A DNA stretch of 64,000 nucleotides from Candidatus Falkowbacteria bacterium. Lineage in GTDB: Bacteria; Patescibacteriota; Patescibacteriia; Patescibacteriales; UBA12465. Shown here one piece after another: positions 37,085-44,280 of this stretch (positions are counted from its first letter, which is position 1; each line of letters opens with the position of its first letter). The stretch lies in contig JBAXPN010000002.1 in NCBI GenBank assembly GCA_037132255.1, forward strand, positions 12,433 to 76,432, read 5' to 3'. Position numbers and translations under genes: made by a program. The notes under the pieces were generated by a model. The model had not been told where the DNA came from. It saw nothing but the letters and a program-made list of their open reading frames with translations, and did no database searches.

Positions 37085-37110
37085 AAAAGGTATTTTGTTA
37101 AAAAAATACC
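37085..37110 (-). terminator. intrinsic terminator after rep
   Basis: Minus strand: GGTATTT-TTTTAACAA-AATACC followed by TTTT. Confidence 0.5.
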
Positions 37111-37164
37111 TAAGGGTAATTGGTTTTTTGCTAGGTCAATACTGTTAATATATCAAAGAACAAG

Positions 37165-38112
37165 CTAAAAATCAATATTGTCTAAAGAATGGCCAGTTAG
37201 TATCTCGGCGATGTTCTCGTCCAGCTCTGGAAAATTAGACAGGTCATATTGCTGATAATTAAACCAGCGCATAAAATTTACTGGTTTGCCGATAGTGTCA
37301 TTAATATCGCTCTGGTTATATTCTGTTTCGCCGTCATACTTATAAACTAAAGATTCCGAGGGCAGTTTTGATTCCACGAGCGCCACGACTTCAACAAAAG
37401 AATTTTCTTGCGGTTTGAGCAGTCCTTTACTAGCGATGTATTTCTTTTGCCGAGGGCAGTTATTCTCAAAGACAGATTTTTGAATGTATTTTATAAAATA
37501 GAAAATAATCTTTTGCAGTTGCGCCTGGTTTTTTATTTTAGTAAAATTTCGGTCTTTTCCGCCGACCATTATTCTCCCTTGTCCCCAAATATCAAACATC
37601 TTTTTATAAATGTTTTTGATATAGGGCAGATTGAAGAAAATCATATGATAGTGAATCGCTCCTCGTTTTTGCAGTTCAAATACCGCTAGATATTTTAAGT
37701 TGCTTTGTTTTAAGTCTTTGCCCTCAATGCCATTGGTTTCATAATTGAGCCGTCTGATAAATTTGGTAAATTCATAGTTGGCTTTTTTAAGGTCTGTAAT
37801 ATTTTCGGCAAATGTTAGAGTTAGGGTAATCGGCAAATATGGTTTACCCTTTTCTTTAAACCATAAAAAACAATTAGCCATAATCAGCCGCTTAATCATT
37901 CTCTTGGCACGCCGAGCGGAGGACTTCAATATTTCTTCCTGGCTAGCCTTAGGCTTGGGGAATTTTTTAGCCTCTTCAATTTCTTCCTCGGTTTTGATAT
38001 GTCTGATTCTTCGCTCCAAATGAATATCCCGACCAAACTGATATATTTCCAAGAGCGACCCAGATTTTACCAGTTTACGATTGGATAAGTATTTATTATC
38101 TTGTTGTTTCAT
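37165..38112 (-). CDS. rep: rolling-circle replication initiator, HUH superfamily, two-tyrosine type (phiX174 gpA / Microviridae VP4-like motifs)
   Basis: Motif I is ITLTLTF, motif II is GAIHYHMIFF (HUH), and motif III is YFIKYIQK (Y-x-x-K-Y-x-x-K, cf. YVAKYVNK of phiX gpA). Confidence 0.75.
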   Translation of the reverse strand: MKQQDNKYLSNRKLVKSGSLLEIYQFGRDIHLERRIRHIKTEEEIEEAKKFPKPKASQEEILKSSARRAKRMIKRLIMANCFLWFKEKGKPYLPITLTLTFAENITDLKKANYEFTKFIRRLNYETNGIEGKDLKQSNLKYLAVFELQKRGAIHYHMIFFNLPYIKNIYKKMFDIWGQGRIMVGGKDRNFTKIKNQAQLQKIIFYFIKYIQKSVFENNCPRQKKYIASKGLLKPQENSFVEVVALVESKLPSESLVYKYDGETEYNQSDINDTIGKPVNFMRWFNYQQYDLSNFPELDENIAEILTGHSLDNIDF

Positions 38113-38131
38113 ATGTTTATTATTAATCTAG

Positions 38132-38143
38132 TTCTAATTAGAA
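38132..38143. promoter_or_regulatory. perfect 12-bp palindrome TTCTAATTAGAA upstream of rep
   Basis: Self-complementary 12-mer 20 nt upstream of the rep ATG (38112), overlapped by the direct repeat AGTTCT...AGTTCT. Confidence 0.4.
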
Positions 38144-38163
38144 GTTCTCTTAACAAGGATAAC

Positions 38164-38209
38164 TTTTTCTTTTCGGCTCCCCCTACGGGGGAACCGCCGA
38201 AAAGAAAAA
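38164..38209. repeat. 46-nt nested hairpin (candidate rolling-circle double-strand origin)
   Basis: Outer 14-bp stem TTTTTCTTTTCGGC / GCCGAAAAGAAAAA enclosing an inner hairpin TCCCCC-TAC-GGGGGA. Confidence 0.5.
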
Positions 38210-38214
38210 AAGAG

Positions 38215-38358
38215 TTATTCCTTATTAAAGAGAGAGTTATATAAATTAACTAAAGAGGTAAGAAAAGAATCAGCCTCATCGGGAGTTATTGCTCGCCCAT
38301 ACAATCCGCTAAAATATTCTTGGGCGTCGGATATCAGTTGGTCGTCATATTTAGTCAT
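38215..38358 (-). CDS. small hypothetical protein (47 aa) of the element
   Basis: Hand-translated as MTKYDDQLISDAQEYFSGLYGRAITPDEADSFLTSLVNLYNSLFNKE. It is below the ORF-track size cutoff and sits between a terminator and the origin-like hairpin. Confidence 0.3.
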   Translation of the reverse strand: MTKYDDQLISDAQEYFSGLYGRAITPDEADSFLTSLVNLYNSLFNKE

Positions 38359-38375
38359 GATTTCAGCATAACAAA

Positions 38376-38407
38376 AGAGCCTTGCGTAAAATTGCCCGCA
38401 AGGCTCT
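38376..38407 (-). terminator. intrinsic terminator of the 38427..39377 gene
   Basis: 11-bp stem AGAGCCTTGCG / CGCAAGGCTCT followed on the minus strand by TTTGTT. Confidence 0.6.
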
Positions 38408-38426
38408 TATAGATGTTTAGTTGTTT

Positions 38427-39377
38427 TTACAGGTATTTTGGATTAATCTTGCACCAACCTAATTGCTCCGTTGAGTTTAAAATAAAGTCGTTTATTTTAG
38501 TTTTATCATTTATTTTTGTATTTAAGTCTTCGCAAGCATGCCTGAATTTATTCCATCCCTTAATATTATCGTAATCCTCTTTAAGGAAATCCTCGGATAT
38601 TTCCGAGAAGTCGGCTGGTTCTGAAATATCGTCTTTAGAAAAAATACACTCTAAAATATAATGATCAGTTGGCCTACGTTTTTGTCTGGCAATTTTTATC
38701 TCTTGACCTCGGATATATAAGAGACTATTTTCAGAATCAAAGCTAATTGGCGATATCGGTTTATTGCCCTTTAAAAATTCTTTGGTGTCTAGTTCGCTAA
38801 AAATATAGGAGCTAACAACGGCTAAGCAGTTAAGACCATAAGCAGGGAGAACTAAAGAAAGAGATTTTTCTTCATTTTTATCTTTATATTTAAAAGGTAA
38901 TGAGGTTGTGGATATTTCTTTTATAACCTGGGCAATTTCTTTAGATTTATCAGGGTTATTTTTTAATTCTTCTTTAGCCTTGCTAACCGCCTCATGAATC
39001 ATGGCAAGATAGCCAAGGCTAACTGGCATTTGTAATTCTATAGGGCTAAAAGGCTGAGAATCTTTAATAACAGCGGAAGCAATATTATGTTCTTTAGCAA
39101 AAATATCTTTATCCGACCAGGTGTCGGGATTTTCTGGGTCAATGGGGGTTTTATTATCCAAACGAGCATCAAATTCTTCGTCAGTTATTTTAAGAAGAAT
39201 ATCCTTTTGACTTTCAAAATAGGCAAATTGGTCTTTCATTATTACCTTAACAGTTGAGTCATTTTTGATAAATTCAACAAATTCATAAATAACCAGGCTA
39301 CCATTAAAAGTGCCTAGTTTTTCTTGGTATTCTGCGATAAACGATTCTAGTTTATTTTTGATTTTATCGGGAGTCAT
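38427..39377 (-). CDS. hypothetical protein of the element (possible C-terminal winged-helix)
   Basis: 316-aa ORF. The C-terminal ...WNKFRHACEDLNTKINDKTKINDFILNSTEQLGWCKINPKY loosely resembles the recognition helix plus wing of wHTH regulators. The assignment is weak. Confidence 0.45.
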   Translation of the reverse strand: MTPDKIKNKLESFIAEYQEKLGTFNGSLVIYEFVEFIKNDSTVKVIMKDQFAYFESQKDILLKITDEEFDARLDNKTPIDPENPDTWSDKDIFAKEHNIASAVIKDSQPFSPIELQMPVSLGYLAMIHEAVSKAKEELKNNPDKSKEIAQVIKEISTTSLPFKYKDKNEEKSLSLVLPAYGLNCLAVVSSYIFSELDTKEFLKGNKPISPISFDSENSLLYIRGQEIKIARQKRRPTDHYILECIFSKDDISEPADFSEISEDFLKEDYDNIKGWNKFRHACEDLNTKINDKTKINDFILNSTEQLGWCKINPKYL

Positions 39378-39425
39378 AGGTCTATTTTGGCATAATTTAT
39401 GGTTGATGGCAATTTAACAAAGATA

Positions 39426-39454
39426 TTGACAAATTTTACTGTAAATAGAATAAT
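39426..39454 (+). promoter_or_regulatory. sigma70-like promoter TTGACA-N17-AATAAT
   Basis: TTGACA at 39426-39431 and AATAAT at 39449-39454, in the divergent intergenic region of the element. Confidence 0.4.
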
Positions 39455-39489
39455 ATAGATAGATTTATAAAAATTAATACTATTAATTT

Positions 39490-40698
39490 ATGGGAATCAA
39501 TTCATGGCCAATGCCAACAAACGGCGATAGCGATAATTTAGAAAATAAAGAGAAAGATTTGCCAAAACCAGGAGAAAAAATTATAGAAAAAAATGACGAG
39601 ATATTTAAATTAGAAAAAGCTAAGGGCTCTGGTGCGGGAGTTTTTACTAAGCTTTATGGGGAACAATTGGAAAATATTAAAGAAGATTTAAAAATGCATA
39701 ATGGCTATGTCGATTCTAAGTTCAGTGATTCATATAAAAATAAAGAATTAGGTATTGAAGTGGGGACTTATGATAAGGATTGGTGGGCAGGAAACCCACA
39801 CGCAGAAATGTTGTATCTTAATGGGGTATTTGTGATTAGAGATAAGGAACAAACATATAGCGCTGGTCCAGAATTTAAGTGGAAAGGCGGAGGAGGGGTT
39901 AAACATGAAAATCATATTTCTTCCATAGAAAGCGTAAAAATTGAAAATAATAGAATTCTTGCTGATATAAAATTTTGGGATGGAAGTATTAGAACGGAGG
40001 ATATAGGCGCTTATGAGCTTCCTCCGGTTTATACTGTATATAGGAATAATAAAACATACGATAACGCTAATTTACTAAAAATTGTTAAATCTTTAACTGG
40101 AGAGCATAAAATAGTAACCGATATTGAAAAAGGAATTTTTAATCAGGGTACAAGTATTGAGGACAATGACTATATAAAATCTATTCCTGAAAACGCCATT
40201 GTTATTACGGACACGGCAGCCTTAAAATCTCTGCCGGAGCTGGAACAGAAAAAAGTTATCAAAATAGAGGATTTTTTAGAAGGAAATTATGGTAGTTTGG
40301 GGTACTATGCAAACAAAATTGATAGTTACCCCTATCAGATAATAATATATAAGCCTGGGTGTGCAGACCACGTTATTCCTGAAGCACGTGAAGAAGGAAT
40401 AGAAAATTATGATGAAGATAAATATGCAGAATACTTAAAAAAACAATTAGTAGCAGCTTATCCAGGCAGAGTTTCATTAGATATCGTGGTAACTAGAGAC
40501 CCAAAAGATTTGAAAAAGTCACGTTTTAGAGTTATTGACAGGCATAGTTTAAGCGCTAAGCCGTCGGAGTATCTTGCTGGTAGCGATTTAATCCTTCCCC
40601 CAAGTGAAAATGAGAGTAAAGGCAATCAATCTTTGGATAAAAAAATAAACAATTTTTTAAAAAATGAAATAACCAAGATTGAAAAGGCAAAAGAATAG
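39490..40698 (+). CDS. hypothetical protein of the element
   Basis: 402-aa ORF with no recognised family. It is the only plus-strand gene in the element. Confidence 0.5.
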   Translation: MGINSWPMPTNGDSDNLENKEKDLPKPGEKIIEKNDEIFKLEKAKGSGAGVFTKLYGEQLENIKEDLKMHNGYVDSKFSDSYKNKELGIEVGTYDKDWWAGNPHAEMLYLNGVFVIRDKEQTYSAGPEFKWKGGGGVKHENHISSIESVKIENNRILADIKFWDGSIRTEDIGAYELPPVYTVYRNNKTYDNANLLKIVKSLTGEHKIVTDIEKGIFNQGTSIEDNDYIKSIPENAIVITDTAALKSLPELEQKKVIKIEDFLEGNYGSLGYYANKIDSYPYQIIIYKPGCADHVIPEAREEGIENYDEDKYAEYLKKQLVAAYPGRVSLDIVVTRDPKDLKKSRFRVIDRHSLSAKPSEYLAGSDLILPPSENESKGNQSLDKKINNFLKNEITKIEKAKE

Positions 40699-40705
40699 AT
40701 AGTAA

Positions 40706-42412
40706 TCACAGCAATTTCATTCCAAGTGCGTCCCACCCTCTCCGCACTGAGTTAAAATCGCTTTTATTTTCAATTTTAGAGAGGACATTATATGGCTCTT
40801 TGAAAGAAATATTAGCGATTTTTTTGTTATCAATAGTAGCGTTCCAAAGTACGTCAATTAGAGTATTTCGTTGTTCGTCAGGTTTTTGAGATAAAAACTC
40901 TTTTTGCATTGTTTTAGGCTCTAAAAACGCATTTCTTATCCGTTCCAAAGTAATATTATCTTGGCTAGATTTTTTGATTTCTAACTCTTGTAAGTCCTTA
41001 TTAATCAAAACGATTTCATTTTCTATTATCTGATTCTTAGCCTTATAGTCGCCCTCTAAAACAACTTTATCCAAGTAGCCGTCTATCAGAACTTTCTTGC
41101 GCTCTTCAAGCGTTTTGAGCCTATTTTGAAGACCGAGGATAGCCTCTTCTAGGTATGACAAGACATTTCCGCTTTCTCTTTGCTTAGCCCGATAAACGAG
41201 ATTAACGACTTTCTCGTCAAAGATTAAATTATCAAAAACTCCGTTCAATTCCGTTGATAGATTTTCCTCTTTGATATAGGCCTTATGCTCCTCGCAGACA
41301 TTCTTGCCATTCGTACAGTAGTAATATGTTAGCCGTCCCTTTTTCTTCGTGGCTGTTAGCAGACAGCCACACTTGGCACATCTTAACATACCCCTGAAAG
41401 CGAAAGGAATATTTTGTTTTTTGATATGGGATTTTTTAGTTAGCATTTCTTGTACCTCGTCAAATAACTTCTTAGAAATTAACGGCTCATGATTACCCTG
41501 ATAAATATTTCCGCTTTTTTCCATTATTCCGCAATAAAAAGACTCCGATAGCATTTTATGAATTTTGCTTTTGTGATATTTATTATGCGCCCGACTTCTA
41601 AACCCCTCTTTGAATAGTATATCGGCTATTTCCTTAACGCTATATTTCCCAGTCTTATACATTTCAAATATTTTAATGATATATTTTCCTCTCGCCTTAT
41701 CAATTATTATTTTACTATCTTTGTTCAAATATCCTAGAGGGGCTAAGTTAGGCCAACCGCCTTTTTCTAGTTTTGCTCTGATTCCTCGTTTTACATTTTT
41801 ACTCAAGTCCAAAATATACTGATTAGCCATTCCGCTTTCCACATTAAACAAGAGAGCATTATCGCCTGGCAAATATTGCCGTTCCATTGTTTGAATAATT
41901 TTTAATTCATTCTGTTGCAATAGCCATTGAATAGTTGCCGAGTCTATCGGGTTGCGACTTAATCTATCAATCTTCCAACAGATAACGCCCTGAATTTTAC
42001 CTCGCTTGATCAAATTGATAAGTTCGGAAAATTGCGGACGATTATCCGGCTTCTTAGCGCAATCGAGAAATATTTTTTTACTTCCCTTTTTTATTGCCGC
42101 CCCTTCAACAGCTTTAATCAGCAAAGTTCCGGCACCAAGGCTTCGGTATGTTTTTAGAACGGCTAATTTAAAAAAATATAGATTATTATTTTCATCAAAG
42201 AAATAGCGGACTGCTCCAATTATTTTACCATTCACCAAACAAACTAAAACAAAAAACTCCTTTTTTTGAAATTGCTCGTTAAGTTCTTTTGGCTCATGAG
42301 GTTTTGTTATAAGCGTAGCGTTTTTATTTAAAGCCCTATAGGCCCATTTCGTTATGGCCGTAATTCGAGAAAGTTCGCTAAATTTTGCTTTTCTAATTAT
42401 TATTCTGTTCAT
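40706..42412 (-). CDS. junction chimera: GNAT acetyltransferase N-terminus (120 aa) fused in frame to the body of a large serine recombinase (448 aa)
   Basis: MNRIIIRKAKF...LAVLKTYRSLGAGTLLIKAVEGAAIKKGSKKIFLDCAK (GNAT motif A) is followed by KPDNRPQFSELINLIKRGKIQGVICWKIDRLSRN (resolvase-domain end). Next come the recombinase domain, a zinc ribbon (CAKCGCLLTATKKKGRLTYYYCTNGKNVCEEH) and a coiled coil. The track ORF extends to a TTG at 42505, but the Met at 42412 fits the GNAT start. Confidence 0.8.
   Translation of the reverse strand: MNRIIIRKAKFSELSRITAITKWAYRALNKNATLITKPHEPKELNEQFQKKEFFVLVCLVNGKIIGAVRYFFDENNNLYFFKLAVLKTYRSLGAGTLLIKAVEGAAIKKGSKKIFLDCAKKPDNRPQFSELINLIKRGKIQGVICWKIDRLSRNPIDSATIQWLLQQNELKIIQTMERQYLPGDNALLFNVESGMANQYILDLSKNVKRGIRAKLEKGGWPNLAPLGYLNKDSKIIIDKARGKYIIKIFEMYKTGKYSVKEIADILFKEGFRSRAHNKYHKSKIHKMLSESFYCGIMEKSGNIYQGNHEPLISKKLFDEVQEMLTKKSHIKKQNIPFAFRGMLRCAKCGCLLTATKKKGRLTYYYCTNGKNVCEEHKAYIKEENLSTELNGVFDNLIFDEKVVNLVYRAKQRESGNVLSYLEEAILGLQNRLKTLEERKKVLIDGYLDKVVLEGDYKAKNQIIENEIVLINKDLQELEIKKSSQDNITLERIRNAFLEPKTMQKEFLSQKPDEQRNTLIDVLWNATIDNKKIANISFKEPYNVLSKIENKSDFNSVRRGWDALGMKLL
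42053..42058. repeat. att core copy (CTTAGC), right junction
   Basis: Codons GCT AAG (Ala150-Lys151 of the track ORF), exactly where the sequence switches from GNAT-like to recombinase-like. Confidence 0.65.
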
Positions 42413-42523
42413 ATATTTAAATAATAGCATATTCTTTCTGGCTCTTGCCAAAATCACTAGTTTTGCTAAGATTATCCGTTGCCAAAGGTCCTTTAAAAAT
42501 AACAATAAAAACAGATAAAAACC

Positions 42524-44203
42524 ATGAAAACAGACACGGAATTTGATAACCTGGCTAATCAGGTTGGGTACGGCCTCGCCGTTGTTCTCTTTGAAAAAAG
42601 ACTAACGGATAAATTCTTCTCCTCGCTTAACACAGGCGAGATTATTTCTATTGCCAGGCACGTACTCAATAACAAGCGCTTAATTAAATTACTAGGCCAA
42701 AGAGTTGCCCGTGTTGATTGGGAAATCAGAAACTTAGTTGAAACTTACAACAATTCAAAAACACCAACATTTCTCAAAGAGCAAATCTTTTCAAAAATTG
42801 AAAAGCTTACGCTCTCTTCTCGGGTCTGGCTAGATATTCAATCCTTGTCTAACAGCGCACTATTATCTGATATGGCGTGCAAAAAAGCATTAGCTTCAAT
42901 TGTAAGTTTCGAAGAAGGCCAGGCGGTATTTACTAAGGCTGCCGAACGGCACACCAGAAAAACAGATGAGATACTCGAAATGTTAACTCACCTGGCAACG
43001 ACTTATGATGACTGGGCTTGGATTATTGCAAGAGAAGTAAGCAGCGCATCTCTTCTTGAGAAATGTTTTAGCGCAGTTAATAATCTAACATTGAGTTACC
43101 AGGAATGGTGCGAAAAAGAAACTCATCTTCGCGGGGGAAGCAAAGTATGGCGCAGGTGGTATATACTTGTCACTAAAAAAAGAAGTGAGGCCGCCCTGAC
43201 TTTTAATGATTACAAAAACGAGCTTGATATTGTGTCTAGTGACTTCGGCCTCCCTGAAAAGCAAAAGGAGGCACAACTAGAGATTCGTAAACTTCTAAAA
43301 AAAGTAAAATTATTAGCAAGGTCTTTCAGCGATTGGTACGACCTATATTATTATGCGGATGAACAAGATAGACCGTCTCTAAAAAGAGCCTGTCTTTCTA
43401 AGTTGCGTCTTCTCGCTGTTGAAGCCGAAGACTATTATTTGCTCTATATAATACTGGGGAAAAGAAACAAGGCGGAAAAAGAGTCTTATCTAACAAAAAT
43501 AAGGTCTTTCAACCCTGACCACAACTTTTGGATTTACACTTATAAGCCAAAATGGTGTGACAAAAATTACCTCGATGTTGCTGAAAAATGTCTCGCCGCT
43601 TGTTCGGCTGATTCAGAGGCCTGGTTAAAAATCTTTCGGGAATCCGGTAATGACGAACCAATTAGAAAAATTGCCCTACAAAAACTTTCCAAGTCTCAAA
43701 ATACTGGAGACTATTGGTGCGGGATACACATTGTTTCTCGCAACTCGAAGGAATTAAGAAGTGTTTGTGAAAATAATCTTTTGGCGCTGAGCGCTCCCTG
43801 TTCCGAATGGAAAGATATCATGAATAAGTATAGCAGCACCGACAGATATGATCTTAGCAATATAATCTACAAAAAACTTGTTGAATCGGCTAAAACTTTT
43901 GACGACTGGCTCTATATACTTGAATCGCCCAAATCTCCTAATGCTAATACGGACAATAAAAAAGCGATTGTCCAATTAGGAGTTCTCGCTTCTTCGCTCA
44001 ATGAATACATAAATGTTTGTCTTTTGTCTGAGACTGGCTCTTCAGAATATAAAACGGCACGTAACAACATCTCATTACTCCGTTTGGATTTTAAGGAATG
44101 GCTACATGTATACAACACGGCTTCTAACGACTCAAAAAATCGTTGTGATAGGTCGGGTGGCAATCCATTAGCCGAACTAGCTCTGGCAAAGATGGCTCCA
44201 TAA
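42524..44203 (+). CDS. tandem-repeat protein, about 15 copies of a ~32-aa Trp/Tyr-anchored helical repeat
   Basis: The motif [LA]-x-[ST]-[FY]-x-[DE]-W-x-x-[IL]-[YF] recurs with the aromatic residue at aa 66, 102, 164, 195, 230, 271, 304, 336, 367, 398, 429, 462, 495 and 526. Examples are TYDDWAWI, SYQEWCEK, SFSDWYDLY, SEAWLKIF, CSEWKDIM, TFDDWLYIL and DFKEWLHVY. Confidence 0.6.
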   Translation: MKTDTEFDNLANQVGYGLAVVLFEKRLTDKFFSSLNTGEIISIARHVLNNKRLIKLLGQRVARVDWEIRNLVETYNNSKTPTFLKEQIFSKIEKLTLSSRVWLDIQSLSNSALLSDMACKKALASIVSFEEGQAVFTKAAERHTRKTDEILEMLTHLATTYDDWAWIIAREVSSASLLEKCFSAVNNLTLSYQEWCEKETHLRGGSKVWRRWYILVTKKRSEAALTFNDYKNELDIVSSDFGLPEKQKEAQLEIRKLLKKVKLLARSFSDWYDLYYYADEQDRPSLKRACLSKLRLLAVEAEDYYLLYIILGKRNKAEKESYLTKIRSFNPDHNFWIYTYKPKWCDKNYLDVAEKCLAACSADSEAWLKIFRESGNDEPIRKIALQKLSKSQNTGDYWCGIHIVSRNSKELRSVCENNLLALSAPCSEWKDIMNKYSSTDRYDLSNIIYKKLVESAKTFDDWLYILESPKSPNANTDNKKAIVQLGVLASSLNEYINVCLLSETGSSEYKTARNNISLLRLDFKEWLHVYNTASNDSKNRCDRSGGNPLAELALAKMAP

Positions 44204-44236
44204 TAATTAGCAAAGTACTTTCAATTTTTGAAAAAC

Positions 44237-44263
44237 AAAACAGCCCCACAAAGGCTGTTTTTT
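44237..44263. terminator. intrinsic terminator, bidirectional
   Basis: AAAACAGCC-CCACAAA-GGCTGTTTTTT, nearly identical to the hairpin at 34182-34207. Confidence 0.7.
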
Positions 44264-44280
44264 AATATTCTGCTATTTTT

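Larger units (their letters stand above)
36806..42058. mobile_element. integrated 5.25-kb element (large serine recombinase + HUH Rep) inserted in a GNAT gene
   Basis: Reciprocal in-frame chimeric ORFs at both ends. The crossover lies within a shared CTTAGC (36806-36811 and 42053-42058). Swapping halves restores a 153-aa GNAT and a ~506-aa recombinase. Confidence 0.8.

Noticed and set aside
36806-42058. Interpretation of the element as an integrated Microviridae-type prophage, because of the phiX gpA-like Rep motif.
   Set aside because: No ORF is of major-capsid size (usually over 450 aa with jelly-roll features) and none looks like a pilot or scaffold protein. The 402-aa and 316-aa ORFs show no capsid motif I can recognise. 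I therefore described it neutrally as an integrative rolling-circle element.
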